64,000 nucleotides of DNA. It comes from Craspedostauros australis. Its lineage: Eukaryota. Within the stretch, counting starts at the first letter, position 1, and each line of letters starts with the position of its first letter. Position numbers and translations under genes: made by a program. The notes beneath the pieces are model-generated. The model had not been told where the DNA came from and ran no database searches. It worked only from the letters and a program-made list of their open reading frames with translations. Of this stretch, positions 1 to 11,906 are shown piece by piece. The stretch covers positions 1 through 64,000 of the forward strand of contig JALAGF010004376.1 in assembly GCA_030167865.1 (NCBI GenBank), written 5' to 3'.

Positions 1-419
1 CAAATACTCGCATGGGACGTTACGCCAAGCGAGCTGCGATCATCGACCGCCTGACTAATCTGGGAAAGGCCAAAACAGACACTCGAACACCCAACGGATC
101 TTCACCATGATGCAACGGGAAGTCCTTGGAATGGATAGTCATCGTGCCAACGAGGACGAGCATGAGTATGAGCACGACCACATGCTCACTCACAGGGATG
201 AACAGTGACTGCAGAATCTCCAGTAGACTGCGCAGCGAGATTGATCATGATCGATGATGAGCAATAGATGATCGACGATAGACGATACAACGGGTGCAGT
301 TCTCCTTGATAGCGATGTCCAACAACCAAAACCGCAACACTATTTGCAGCAGCAACAACGGAATGGAGGGACGGAAGGAGGCACTCGGATCAGTGGATTC
401 CCATCATGTCTCATTCACA

Positions 420-1100
420 CCCGTCAGCGCGTTGATGAGAATGAGCCGTGGAACGTCGCGTCTTCCATGAATAGATAGCCATTGTATGCTTCGTCGAGAG
501 AGCTTCTTCAACTGCTACTTTGGTCACGACGTGCAGTTGGGTACTCCGCATCGAAGAGCATGCAACGGCCACGGGCGAATTGATCGCGGCGGTACTCACT
601 GTGAAGATCAGATCCGTCATTGGAGGGAAGGTGACCTGCTCATCGTGGAGTGGAACAGAGTAGATGGATGTGATAGCCGTGTCGGCGACGAGTGACTTCT
701 TGTGCTCTGCACAATGCTGCTCCGTTGATTATGGAGGAAGTGGCGACAATCAGGACAGCCATGGAATACCTCCACGGAATGCTTTCGTTGAATTCATCCA
801 CACGCCCATGATATCGCTACCGACGTTGCTCCTGCTCCTGCTGCTGTTGATATTGATGCTGCTGGCGGGGTTCTTGAGACAGCGGCGAACGATGAGAACA
901 TCAAGTCACATCCACTGGCACAGATCAGCTGCGGCATGCTCCATGCGTTTCGCACTGTCGTTCCACATGTTGTTCCGCGATGCGTTCAACCTTGCTGCGG
1001 GTATCCTCTCTTCTCCATTCCCAAGTCTCGTGGACAAGAAGTGGCCGTCGTGGCTGCTTTCTCTCCTTCGTCTTCTATCCACTATGAACGAGTGCGACTG
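420..1100 (-). pseudogene. Possible decayed coding remnant, unidentified
   Basis: Short protein-like blocks in different minus frames (LLVHETWEWRREDTRSKVERIAEQHVE; DLHSEYRRDQFARGRCMLFDAEYP; LDEAYNGYLFMEDA) separated by stops. Confidence 0.2.
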
Positions 1101-1492
1101 TGCCTTCCGAGATCTCGCTACCAATCAGGCATGGTGTGTTGATCAATGCCATCGTGGGTGTTGCCGGGAATGCCCCATCATTCGGGTGGTGGTCGATGGT
1201 GGGTGTGTTCCTGTCCGTAGGTACAGTACGTTCCACCAATAGATCCGTCCTATGCAGTGCCGTGCGATGATCAGCTGCATGCTTTCATTTTGGTCAAGTC
1301 TCTCGGTGTCCGCGAGCAGAGAGGGGTGAAGTGCGCTGCCGCACCACCGCCCTATGTATGAAGTCCTTCGTCTGACGTTGGACTTGACTAGCAGCTTCTT
1401 TGGAGAGTGCCTCACTCTACTAGACTATTTAGATTTTTGCCTTCATATCTGTACCCTTCACGTATTGCATGGCCAACAGGCAGCTCTGGATG

Positions 1493-2639
1493 TCATAGCA
1501 ACGAATCCAAACGATTTTCTGGGGCCGCCACCCCATCACCGAAGACCAGCTTGAGGATGAGCTGACAGAGCCCAAACGAAAGACCCACCAGGTTCGGGAA
1601 GTAGACGTTGACATCGTTCATATCGAACCATCCCAGGACGCTCCACAGGAAGCAGTTGATGATGGTGGCGATGGTGAATGGCAACGGCAAGCTCTTGGCG
1701 GAACGATCCCGAATGGCCGACCGCAGGACGATCAGCGGCGAACCAAAGAGGATCATGCAAAACAACACAGCGATGTTGCCGACGACGGTGGAAGGGTCTT
1801 GGATCGGCAGCACATACGCGATGGCCAAGGTTGCCAGGATGATCCCTGTGATGCCGCGGTAGTGATCTCTTGTGGCGTCCGGGATCATTTTCTTGGGTAT
1901 CCATTTGATGTACTGCGTGAAATAGTATGTTCCGAGGACCATTCCGAGGATGTTGGTGCTCCAAATCTTGGACTCGCTCTTGAGGACGCCGTATGCCACC
2001 CAGAGGAAGGAGCTGGCGATCATGGTGGTGTAGGGCAGCAAAGGAAGGCTGCCGATCGACTTGTCTTTTGCTATTTGATTGATCGTTGGCATTGGCTGGA
2101 GGATTGTGTGGTTTGGTATTGCACAGTGTGGCATCGCATGACATCATGTGGCATTGTATGACATGGTCCCGCAGTATGTGACATAATGTCCCATGGCGTT
2201 CGAGAACACCAAGGAAGGGAAGGAGCGCCGACAAAATATGTGAGTGTGCAAGCGTGCGCGTGAATTGAACTGTCATAGGACATCATCATTGTTCCCAAGC
2301 CCGTGATGCAGATGAAGCTCGTGAGCCGGCTGTCGTGCTTGGCATCAATGATGACACCAGCACTGATTGATGATCCTCGTGCTGTCCACAACGACCTGGT
2401 CATTGCATCGCTTGACATGGCTGTTCGACAGCACATCAATCCTTTCATCTGCCTCCGTATCCACCTCCGCATCCAGTAGAGTACGAAATTCATCCGGAAG
2501 CCAATCAAGTAGGGCAAAAATACAGCAACATTCCACTCACTGCCATGAACACAACGCTCGCGGAAAAGGGTGCCAAGCTGCCGCAAACCGACACCCAGAG
2601 AGGCAGGGCTGCTGGAGCAGCTGCCGGTGTGATAACCAT
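1493..2639 (-). CDS. SWEET: SWEET/MtN3 family sugar transporter; exons 2639-2541 and 2095-1493 (233 aa)
   Basis: Exon 1 reads MVITPAAAPAALPLWVSVCGSLAPFSASVVFMA|gtgagt. After a phase-0 intron ending tccag, exon 2 reads PMPTINQIAKDKSIGSLPLLPY..LWVAYG and later FGSPL..AIRDRSAKSLP..LWSVLG..D.NVYFPNLVG. These are two MtN3 repeats. Confidence 0.95.
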
Positions 2640-2839
2640 CTTGCCGATTGCACGTGTGTCTGTCTCGCTGTCACGCTGCTTTCTATTGTGTGCGCAGTTG
2701 CGTGTGCTTGTATGTCCCAGGATGCGCGCTCAGGAATCGTACTCGCACGAGACTGATCTCTCCTTTGAAGTCTGGAGATGATCGATTCTTTCCTGAAGAG
2801 GAGGACTCGTACAATAGATATCAGGTGTGGTGATCCTCA

Positions 2840-2866
<27 letters not shown>
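2840..2866. repeat. (CT)n microsatellite
   Basis: Run of ctctct between the divergent SWEET and SGF29-like genes. Confidence 0.9.
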
Positions 2867-2870
<4 letters not shown>

Positions 2871-3696
2871 TGCCTGTTGGCGATGGTATCAGCAAGAGTT
2901 ATATTAACACGGAGAGGTGTGCAAGAGTGCTTCGCTTGTTGTCGCAGCGGGTATCTGTCTCACAAGCAATGATGTTGTTGTCGATGACGATGACGATGAA
3001 AGCTGGCAGATTCTCAATGTCGGAAGGCCTTCTCTTTGCGAGGCATGTGCTCGTTGCGGGAACCGCACGCAACTGCCGATCACCAAGGGAGATCGCGATC
3101 GCAAGCCAAAGAGATGGCTACTACGATGAGATACGACGAGTGATTGTGGTGAATGCCGAGAGCAAGGATGATTGATGTGGAGAACGGATGATGGACACTC
3201 AGTGGCTGCCAGAATAGTATTGTATTAGTCGTATTGCTGGGGAAGTGAGACGATCCTTCTCTTCACCTTCTGCATGTCACGGTAACAGCTTTCGCAGTGT
3301 TGCCTCTCAAGGGCGCGCCCGACATCGCGCGCCGTGATGCGCACAAGGACGACAAAATTGTGAGTGATGAGTTGGGTCGTTCGAGTCCATCCTGCATCCA
3401 GTCGTATTTGGACTCTGTTGACCCGATTGATCAGCACGATCAAAGTGAAGACAAAGTTCTTCCGTTTTGGTGTCACGGTGTTTGTTCGTGTCGACAATGG
3501 CGCGGAGCAAATGACGGCACGAGACGGCCACAACATCGCCACAAAACAAAGACAGACAGAGTGCGAACAACGGCTTCCACAACACTTTGCACAACGCAGC
3601 TACAAAACGATTCAGCAGCACCAAGGTCGTTTTGTGACCGTCGAATTCTCATCTGCCCGACCATCCCTGGACACGCACACGGCATCGATCGGCAGC

Positions 3697-6600
3697 ATGG
3701 GTCCTGTAGGAAACGGGGCGCCGAATGGCGGGAGGCAGAACCACCAGAATCCGCAGCAGTACGTTCCACAGAACTACCGTTCGCAGCAGCAGACTTCGCC
3801 GCAGCATCAGTTTCAGAATGCCTTCAATCCTCCTCCGTCTTCAGCTTCCTCGTCGGCGTCGGCGTCGGCGTCAGGAAAGTCCTCTTCGCAGCAGCAGAAG
3901 CAGCAAAAGCAGGCGAGGCAGAAGCAGCAGAAGCGGAGCCAGCAGAAGCAGAGAAGCCAACAGCAACAACAGCAGCAGAAGCAGCAGATGATGCACCAGA
4001 TGCAGCTGCAGCAAACGTACATGCAGCAGATGCAGCAGCAGTCCAACCATCCAAATGGAGGACAGATGTCACCGTCCGGAAATTCCTTCGGCGGGACCAT
4101 GCCCCGATCCCACATGCAGATGGCATCCCCGTCCTCTAGGGGATCCATGTTGCCGCCCACGCACAACATCTCGCCCATCAAGCAGAGCGGGAACCGGTCG
4201 CAGGCATACTCCAAGTCTTCCGCCTCGTCGAAGACCAGCAAGGGCACATCGGCGGGGGCGTCGTCGTCGTCATCAGCTGGCCATGGTGTCTCTGCGACGA
4301 CATCCAAATCAAGCAAGTCAGCAAAGGCGTCGTCGAAGTCATCGTCCAAAGCATCCTCCAAAGCATCTTCGAAAGCATCAGGTGCTGGCGGAACATCTGC
4401 GAGGGGGTCGTCTTCTGCATCAGCAAAATCGTCGAGCGGTCCCAATTCCAAAACGGCGTCGTCTGGTAACTCCAGAGCTTCCACCTCGTCCGGCAACCGC
4501 CAGTCCGTATCCTCCCTCAACGTCCCCAATGTCGGGGCTGCTGCGGCCGTGCAGTACGCGCAACAACGGCAGCTGCTCGCGCACTGCGACTGGAGGGATA
4601 AGACGCTGTGGGCCACGCGGCAGCTCCTGGGTGGAAATTCGATCAATGGATTCCTTCGTGCGACCGCCACGGCACAGAGGATCAAGAAGCAGAGGGCGCG
4701 TCAGCTGGCGTTGACGACCAAGAAGTCGACGGCGGCGGCCGCGGCAGCTGCTGCTGCCAACGCGCCTGCTGGAGGCAAGCCTGGGGTGGGACCGACACCA
4801 AAAGCCGCATCTGCGTCCGGCCCAAATGTAGGCAAGGAGGTTAACAAGGAGGCGACTAAAGACAAAGAGAAAGAAAAAGATAAAGAGAAGGATAAGGATA
4901 AGAGCAAGGCATTCAATCAGGCAGAGGAGGAGCAGCTCAAGAAGGACGTCATGAATCCCAGGACGGCCAAGAAGATCAAGACAGAGATGGAAGCGGGGGT
5001 GCATTACTGCGTCACGTTGCAGAACATTATTCGCGGGATCATCGTCGAGCTGGATCCTCGCCACGCGCCCTACTTGCCACCTGCATTGAAGCAGGATCCA
5101 TCCACGGCTGCAACGCCCGGGTCGTCAAAACAGAGGGCGTCGAGCAACGCGCATGCGGGTCATCAGTACGGCAGCAAGCCGCACGCCATGATGCACTCTG
5201 GTTTTGCGGCGTCGTCTGGCAACGGAAGTTCCACGCCATCAGCACCATTCACACCGCAGGGCCAGCCCAGACCGATGCAGACACAGTCGCAGTCGCCGGT
5301 CACTTCATCATCATCATCACCGCATCCCACGTCAGTACAATCCTTTCAACCTCCGCACCACCCCATGGCATCGCACTCTCAGGGAAAGGGCGCAGCAATG
5401 AACGCAGCCAAGTCCCAGTCGGAGCGTGCGAGATCATCCTCCACCGCCACAGCATCGTCTTCGTCGTCCGCCCAAAAGAGTTCGGCAGCCTCCAAGAAGA
5501 CATCCTCGAAGTACAGCAATCCGTACGGTTCCACTCTCCGCAAATCGCGCAAGAAAAAGCTACCGCCCTCTGGTGAGCCACCCATTCGGCTGTCCGAATT
5601 CGACGCCTCCGGCAAGCGGCTGTACAGCAAACGCGACCACCTCTTCCGCATCGTCGACGTGCTGCGTTTCCGTGGCTTGCGAAAGGGTGATCTAGTGGCT
5701 GCGCGAACCACCAGCCGCGATCTATGGATCCACGCCCGCGTTATGAAGGATTACCCTGGTGTGCAGGTGCAGCCTCTCGACTTTCTGCAGCTGTCGCAGG
5801 TCAAGCGGGACAAGCTTTTCAAGGAGAAGGTGCTGGTCAAGGACGTAGAGGATTCCAGCGGCGGGGGGACGCAGGTCAGCCGCAATTTGGTGCTGCCCTT
5901 GCCACGATCAACTTCAGAAGCAGCAGAGTGGTTGGCAAGGTAAGTGTGATGTTTGGTGCTCTATGCTCGTGCTTGGTGGCTGTTCAGCCATGAGTATCAT
6001 CAGTGAAGGCACGCAACACATGATGGCAGAGTAAACCAAGATTTTCTGCCCTACTGTTGCTGCGGCTGTGGGGAAGCGTTGATGAGGGCAACAACATCTG
6101 CATGCTGAAACAACATGACCTCATCCGCCGCACTTTCATTTTTCACATGCTTTCTCTGTTCCACGTCCGCTTCCGCCATGTGCCACTTGTGTAATTACAA
6201 ACAATAGGTGCAAGAAAGGCACGCGGCTGTATGCCATGTATCCCAACACCACATCGTTGTATCCAGCGACAGTGATCGACAGCACGACATTCTGCAAAGG
6301 AGAGGATGACATTGTGGTCGTGGAATTCGATGGCGAAGAGGTGGACCACACAGGATCTGTGCCCCACCGCCACATCCCCGCAAGGGAGACGACGATCGTT
6401 CCGAAAGAGTTCCCGGCATCCCAGAAGGTGCCGATCAGCAATTCCAGCAAGCCCACGGTCGGTGGCAAACGGAAGACGCCGGACCCCGCACCATCGCCGC
6501 CGTCGCCGCCACTGAGCAATCCAGGCACGCCCGGCAGCCCTGGTAACGGCAGTGCGAAACGCGCCAGGACGAATTCGGATGACGCGCTGACGATGATGCT

Positions 6601-6721
6601 TTCGCAGCTGTCTGATGGTGGATTGGACAGCTTCGACGCGCTGGATCTTGATTTCACCAATCCGGACGATGATCCGCTGGAAGATGCATTCTTGGAAGAT
6701 CACGTCGGTGGGTTCTTGTAG
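3697..6721 (+). CDS. SGF29-like tandem Tudor-domain chromatin protein with a long Q/S/K-rich disordered N-terminus; exons 3697-5939 and 6208-6721 (~918 aa)
   Basis: A phase-2 intron (AG|gtaagt...aatag|G) joins ORF 3364-5943 to ORF 6236-6721. Tudor-1-like KGDLVAAR..DLWIHARV and Tudor-2-like KGTRLYAMYPNTTSLYPATV..VVEFDGE match the SGF29 C-terminal pattern. The start ATG at 3697 is inferred. Confidence 0.8.
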
Positions 6722-7092
6722 CGTGAAACCACGTCACCGGGTAAAGCCCGCAACGCACGAGGACTCGCATTCTCTTCAATCCAATTCTAACAAATTAGAC
6801 AGATCGTTGCGGGAAGATGGTTCTGCTCTCTGGAGTATTTGTGAAGTATGACCACGGGTACGAGTACTGTTCCTGTTCCGTGAGAAAAGAGCGTTGAAAT
6901 CTACGACTGCCGTTGCTGAACTCTCGGGAGACAGCACGCTGCTAATACTTTACTCAATGTGAGAGGCCCTGCTCTGAACTTTGCTCTAATATAACATCAT
7001 AACTGACCGCATTTCTCTCGAGTATATTAGATTAGGGCAGAGTGGAGTACGTTCAAGACAGAGAGAGAGAGATGAGAGCACTCCAAATTGAA

Positions 7093-8553
7093 TCACCACC
7101 GCACCGTGTGGAAGAACAAGAGCACGAAGGCCATCGCGACGATACATTTTGCCATGTAGTGCTTGGATCGCTTGGTCCGATCGGCCGCATCGACCAGGTT
7201 CTCCTGCCCCTTGTCGATGTTCTGCTTGGTCTCGGCGGATGATTCCTGGATCTGCCAGATATCCTCCTGCTGTTCGCTGACGAGACTGGCGAACTGTCCG
7301 ATGAGCGTTGTGATTTCGATCATGCGGGTCTCGACCTGCTGCACGCTGTCGAGGTCATTCTGCGCTGTAACGGTGAGCAAGGCCGCTTCTTGCGCGAGCT
7401 GCTCTTCGAAGTGTTGCTTGGATTCCTCCTGCGTGTACTCATAATAGTTTTGCTGTTGCTGTGGCCGACGACTCTGCGTGTTGGTTGAGACCGATGATGA
7501 CGGTGTTGCTCCAGACGATAACAGGGGCTTGGCCTTCAAGGACAGCTGCTGTGGTCGGGAATCAGCATTCGAGGCACCTTCGTCAATCGTGGAGAATCCG
7601 AACGGCTCCACCTTGGCATCCTCCCGTGCCACCTGATGTTGCCTTCGTTCCACGATCTCTGACAGAACCGTCGGCACCGGAAGATCTGATATAGACTCCC
7701 CAGCATCATTCTGCGGCGCGCAGTACATGGCCGCAAACTCATCATCCGCAGCAGCGAAATCCTCCTCCTCGGCAAGCGTCCCCTGCGGCAGGAACCTCTG
7801 ATCCTGAACGGCTCCAGCATCTTCCTCAAAGAACCTCAGCATGCGCGATTGCTGATCGACGACCTTCGAGGATTGGTAGAGGGTGCATTGATAGGGATTC
7901 TGCCAGATTTCCACAGCAGCACGCGCACGTTGCTTCTGCAAGATCGCGAAGGGTTCTGCGATGTTCTCCTTGAGTTCCGTGAGCAGGAACTGAACGACGC
8001 CGTTGCGATGTCCCATGAGGTCCTTTGAGACGGCTGCAGTTGATATTGTGTTTGACGTGGACAATGTTGCGGTCGTCGAATCAATCATCTTGCGCAAGGT
8101 CTCCAACTCGCTGGCCGTGATGGCCGTGAAGGAGGAGATGGTGGATTGGATCAGGGATGCCTCCTCCTGTCGCATCTGCACGGAAATATAGGACGACTTC
8201 TTGCTGCGAATCCACGCAGTCATGCGGCGCAGATCGGATTGGATGCGCAGAGCGTGTTGCATCCAAGGGTCATCGGACTGTCGCACTTGCTGCTGCTGCT
8301 TTGATTCGTCGCCGTCTTCTTCATCATCGACCAAGTCGACGATCTCCACGATGGAAGAGTCATGGAGGACATCAGCATCCGCAGCTGAATCCGCGCTGGC
8401 ATCCTTGCCCTCCGAATCACCAAAGTCATCCACCCAATCAAAGCCCAGAACAAGGGAACAGCACTTCTGCCAATCCTCTTTGCGGTTGTGCGATGCGTGG
8501 CAGGCAGAGTCGCTGATACCTGAGATCATTGTCATTGCCATTGTCATTGTCAT
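7093..8553 (-). CDS. Syntaxin-18/Ufe1-like ER Qa-SNARE
   Basis: C-terminal SNARE heptads (DLDSVQQVETRMIEITTLIGQFASLVSEQQEDIWQI..NIDKGQENL) followed by a tail-anchor TM (CIVAMAFVLLFFH). The helical N-terminal region has HRNGVVQFL, like STX18. The start is uncertain (the ORF is open to 8658). Confidence 0.8.
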   Translation of the reverse strand: MTMTMAMTMISGISDSACHASHNRKEDWQKCCSLVLGFDWVDDFGDSEGKDASADSAADADVLHDSSIVEIVDLVDDEEDGDESKQQQQVRQSDDPWMQHALRIQSDLRRMTAWIRSKKSSYISVQMRQEEASLIQSTISSFTAITASELETLRKMIDSTTATLSTSNTISTAAVSKDLMGHRNGVVQFLLTELKENIAEPFAILQKQRARAAVEIWQNPYQCTLYQSSKVVDQQSRMLRFFEEDAGAVQDQRFLPQGTLAEEEDFAAADDEFAAMYCAPQNDAGESISDLPVPTVLSEIVERRQHQVAREDAKVEPFGFSTIDEGASNADSRPQQLSLKAKPLLSSGATPSSSVSTNTQSRRPQQQQNYYEYTQEESKQHFEEQLAQEAALLTVTAQNDLDSVQQVETRMIEITTLIGQFASLVSEQQEDIWQIQESSAETKQNIDKGQENLVDAADRTKRSKHYMAKCIVAMAFVLLFFHTVRW

Positions 8554-8962
8554 TGTAGCATAGCAGTTGAGTTGAGTGTACCTATGGACCACACTTGCAC
8601 AAGTGCGACTTTGGGTGTTGTGGACAAACAGGAGAACAGAAAGGAGAATGTCTGGCATGTGCGCTCACTCAGCGCTTCCTGTCGTTCCACACAAAAACAC
8701 GACTTTCGTCGTAGACATTCCATTGAGTGTAGTCGTAGAGATCATCATCCAACTCCGTTGAATGGTGTAGTCGAAGCGTACCATACTCTACTCTGTGCAA
8801 TCTATTAGAGAATACTTGACTGGACAGATACTGGCGAGCCATTAGATAAGAGCGCTCTTCTTCATTTGGGTAGAGTCCATGGGCTACTCTATAATATTAT
8901 GGTTGCGAGTACTTAATTGTTTGACTGATGCGTCGAGGTTGCATCTGCATTTGCCTGTGAGT

Positions 8963-11117
8963 TTACTTTTTCGGGTCGAAGACGATGTTGTTCTTGAATT
9001 CTGGCATGTCACTCTTGATTATCGCCAGCTGGTCGGCCCAATCGGCGGCACCCTGGACCTCGACGGTGCGGTCATTTCTGGCCTGGCTCTTGGCGCCCTC
9101 CTGCTCCTTGCTGAGGATGGTGAGGGAGACCTTCTTTCCGTCGATGCTCTTCAATCGGATCTGCACCTTGTCGTCGACGTTGACGACGTCGGTGACATCG
9201 CGGATGCGCTCCTCGGAAAGGGAGGAGATGTGGCAGAGACCGTCGATCTCTCCCTCGACCTCGCTGTTGAGGGTGCTGGCGTCGATGCGGATGAAGGCTC
9301 CGAAGTCGATGGTGCTGACGACGGTACCCTCGACGAAGGTATTGTCATCCCAACCCTTCTCGACGAGTCCGGCGATGGCTGCGCTGTCGTTGCGGCGGTT
9401 CTGTCTCTGCGGGCGCTGACGCTGGCCCTGGTTCTTGGCCTCCTCCTCGGAGATGAGGCTGAGGGCGATCTGGTTCTTGTCGGTGTCGATGGTGAGGATG
9501 CGGACCTCGAGCTCCTGTCCCTCCTTGACGATGTCACCCACGCTGGCGACGTATCCGGAGGCGAGCTGGGAGATGTGGAGGAGACCGTCGGAGGCTGCGC
9601 CGATGTCGACGAAGGCACCGTAGGAGGCGACGGAACGGACCTTACCGGAGACGGTGGTGCCGGCCTCGAATTCGGTGAGTGGCTTTCCCTTCGGCGCGCG
9701 CTTCTTCTTGAGCTGCTGGCGGGCTGGTCTGTCGACGTTGTGGGCCTCCTGGTCGGACTCGACTCCGTCCATGGCCTCAACCTCGGCTGGGACGGCGTCG
9801 TCCTCGGTGGCCTCGGCGGATTCCTCGACGGCGGAGAAGAGGGCTGCACTAGATCCGGCGCAAGAATTGCAGTTGCATCCTGAGTAATGTCCTCCAGTGA
9901 AAGAGACAACCGAGTTGGTGACCGGAGTTCTGCTCACGGCGAATGCGCGGCGTCCTGTGATTGGATATTCGTCGTATGGTGCGTCGTCATGACATGGCGT
10001 TGGGTAATATTGCATTCATTGTGTTGCGTCGTGTGCGAAGATGATGTTTGCATTTTGATGTTGCATGTTGAGATTGCATGTTGATGGATGATTACGTGGG
10101 TACGTGGTTGCATAGTCGTATGGTAACATTGTTGCATTGTCGCAGATGTAAATGGTGGATTTGTTGATTGGTTCATTGGGTGGGTAGTTGCGTCATCGTG
10201 CGAAGTTGTTGTTTTTCGAGATTGGTGGATTAGACATTCAGTCGGCATCATGGAGCAGTATTGCATTGGTCGATATGAAGCGGAATGGAATTGATTGATT
10301 GGATTGCGTCGGTGGGTTGATGCCAAGTGCATGGGTCGCGATGAATTGTGATGGAACGAATGGAAGCAGTGGCAGAGTTGTGGTTGCGAAGTATTTCGTC
10401 ATCGCATGATGTGTGAAATGATTCCCATGAGAAACGAGAAAACACAGTTGAAGGTTGCAATGATGGGTGCAATGATGGATGCCCACGGAATCATGATTGC
10501 CACGGTCGTGATCATAGCCATCGTTATGGCGCAGGTCGTCAATTCGTTCGTTGCGTTCGAGTTGGTGGAGTTCGTTGATGTGCCATCGCACAGTATCCAG
10601 TGTTTAGTATCCAGTGTTTAGTATTCAGTGTTTAACATCCAGTTTGTGTCATGTGAATGAATCGCAACGTTCGAAAGCAAGGCATGTTGAGAAAGCTGTG
10701 TGAGGAAGAGGCTCGTTCGCATCATGTCGATCATCTGTCGATCATCCGTTGGAGTATTTGGATGCCAGACCGATCGGTCTCCTCCACAGGTCCGATGTTG
10801 TCATGCTTTGATGGCTCCTCCATGCTCACGCCCAGATACACCATGAGCGATGATATCAGCGGATGGTTCGAGCATGAGCACGAGCCAGTATCTGTCCAAG
10901 ATGGAAACCCATCACGTCATGTCGCACATCTCCAGAATAGCTTGCTGATGATCATGGACAGGAGACCACTCGAGATCCATTCGCACAAGCCTTCCAGAAG
11001 GTTGGTCGTATGCAAAGTGTTGGTGCTGTGGTCGTAGTTCGTACCTGCGGTGGAGAAGGCAGAGGCTCCTCCGATGGTGAGGATGACGGCAGCGACGGCT
11101 GTTGTGGAGAACTTCAT
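8963..11117 (-). CDS. Plastid-targeted RNA-binding protein with two S1 domains (bS1/PSRP-7-like); exons 11117-11045 and 9954-8963 (354 aa)
   Basis: Exon 1 MKFSTTAVAAVILTIGGASAFSTA(G)|gtacga is a signal peptide plus ASAF motif. A 1090-nt phase-1 intron ends tcacag at 9955. Two S1 motifs follow: GKVRSVASYGAFVDIGAASDGLLHISQL and GTVVSTIDFGAFIRI..DGLCHISSL. Confidence 0.88.
10592..10645. repeat. 14-bp minisatellite (agtatccagtgttt), about 3.8 copies, inside the S1-gene intron
   Basis: agtatccagtgttt-agtatccagtgttt-agtattcagtgttt-aacatccagttt. Confidence 0.85.
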
Positions 11118-11906
11118 GATGTCTATTGGGATTTGATGTTGATGGAGGAGTGTTGAGGTTGTGGCTGCACGCAGAGTGGTGAATGCTGTCGCTGATGTTG
11201 CTGATGCCGCTGATGTTGCTGAGGATGGTGGTGATGGCAGTTGCGATGATTGTTGGTGTGGATGGCAGATCAGAACGGCTCCGGAGATACCCAGACTCGC
11301 CGCTCACCCCTGATGTCACGACAGGTGGAGAGAGGGTTCCAATTCCCATCTCTCACCAACACCAAATTGGAGTCAGAACAGACAACACACAACAACACAC
11401 AGACGAAGAACCGCCATCGCTTGATGGCAATCTGCTGGTCTTCACAGATAGGCGAAAAGCGTCTGTCCTTCCATCACGCACGGCGAACTGACGTACTTTG
11501 CCAATCAAATTGTACGAGGTTTCTGCCGTTGTTGACTCATCTGACTCACACATCAACGCGGGCAAAATGGGTGGTTCGCGTCGCCATCTGCCAACACGGC
11601 TGTCTGTTGCTTTCTTTCCTTTCTGTGCTTGTGCGGTGTTGTTCGTTTTGCTTGGATTTGTTGGTTGGCGGATGGACTCTAATTTGTGGCCATCGTATTG
11701 GTCGTTGTTGTCGCAGTTGTTGATGAGAACAACCTTTCCGGAGACTTGAGACTCGAAAGGCCATCGCGGGAGAAGACCAATCACCACCTCGCCCGCAACA
11801 CTGCTGCCATCACCATTGTCACCATCACCATTGCCATCAGCACAACTCAACAGTTCTGTGATCCTCCTGCTCGACTCCACACGTTATATACCTCCAGACA
11901 AGCACC
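11118..11906. promoter_or_regulatory. Probable bidirectional promoter region between two plastid-translation genes
   Basis: 789 bp separate the divergent start codons at 11117(-) and 11907(+). No specific element identified with confidence. Confidence 0.45.

Noticed and set aside
8879-9883. 334-aa plus-strand ORF, and similar long antisense ORFs (12589-13335, 14021-14965, 23974-24753, 38393-39481, 42120-43472)
   Set aside because: Shadow ORFs opposite GC3-rich genes; no motifs of their own.
9933-9954. Possible 17-nt micro-exon ending at a gtgagc donor in the S1 gene
   Set aside because: No phase-0 acceptor before the mature domain; read-through gives a coherent transit peptide.
10592-10645. 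Direct repeats considered as a CRISPR-like array
   Set aside because: Head-to-tail 14-mers without spacers inside a eukaryotic intron; no cas genes.
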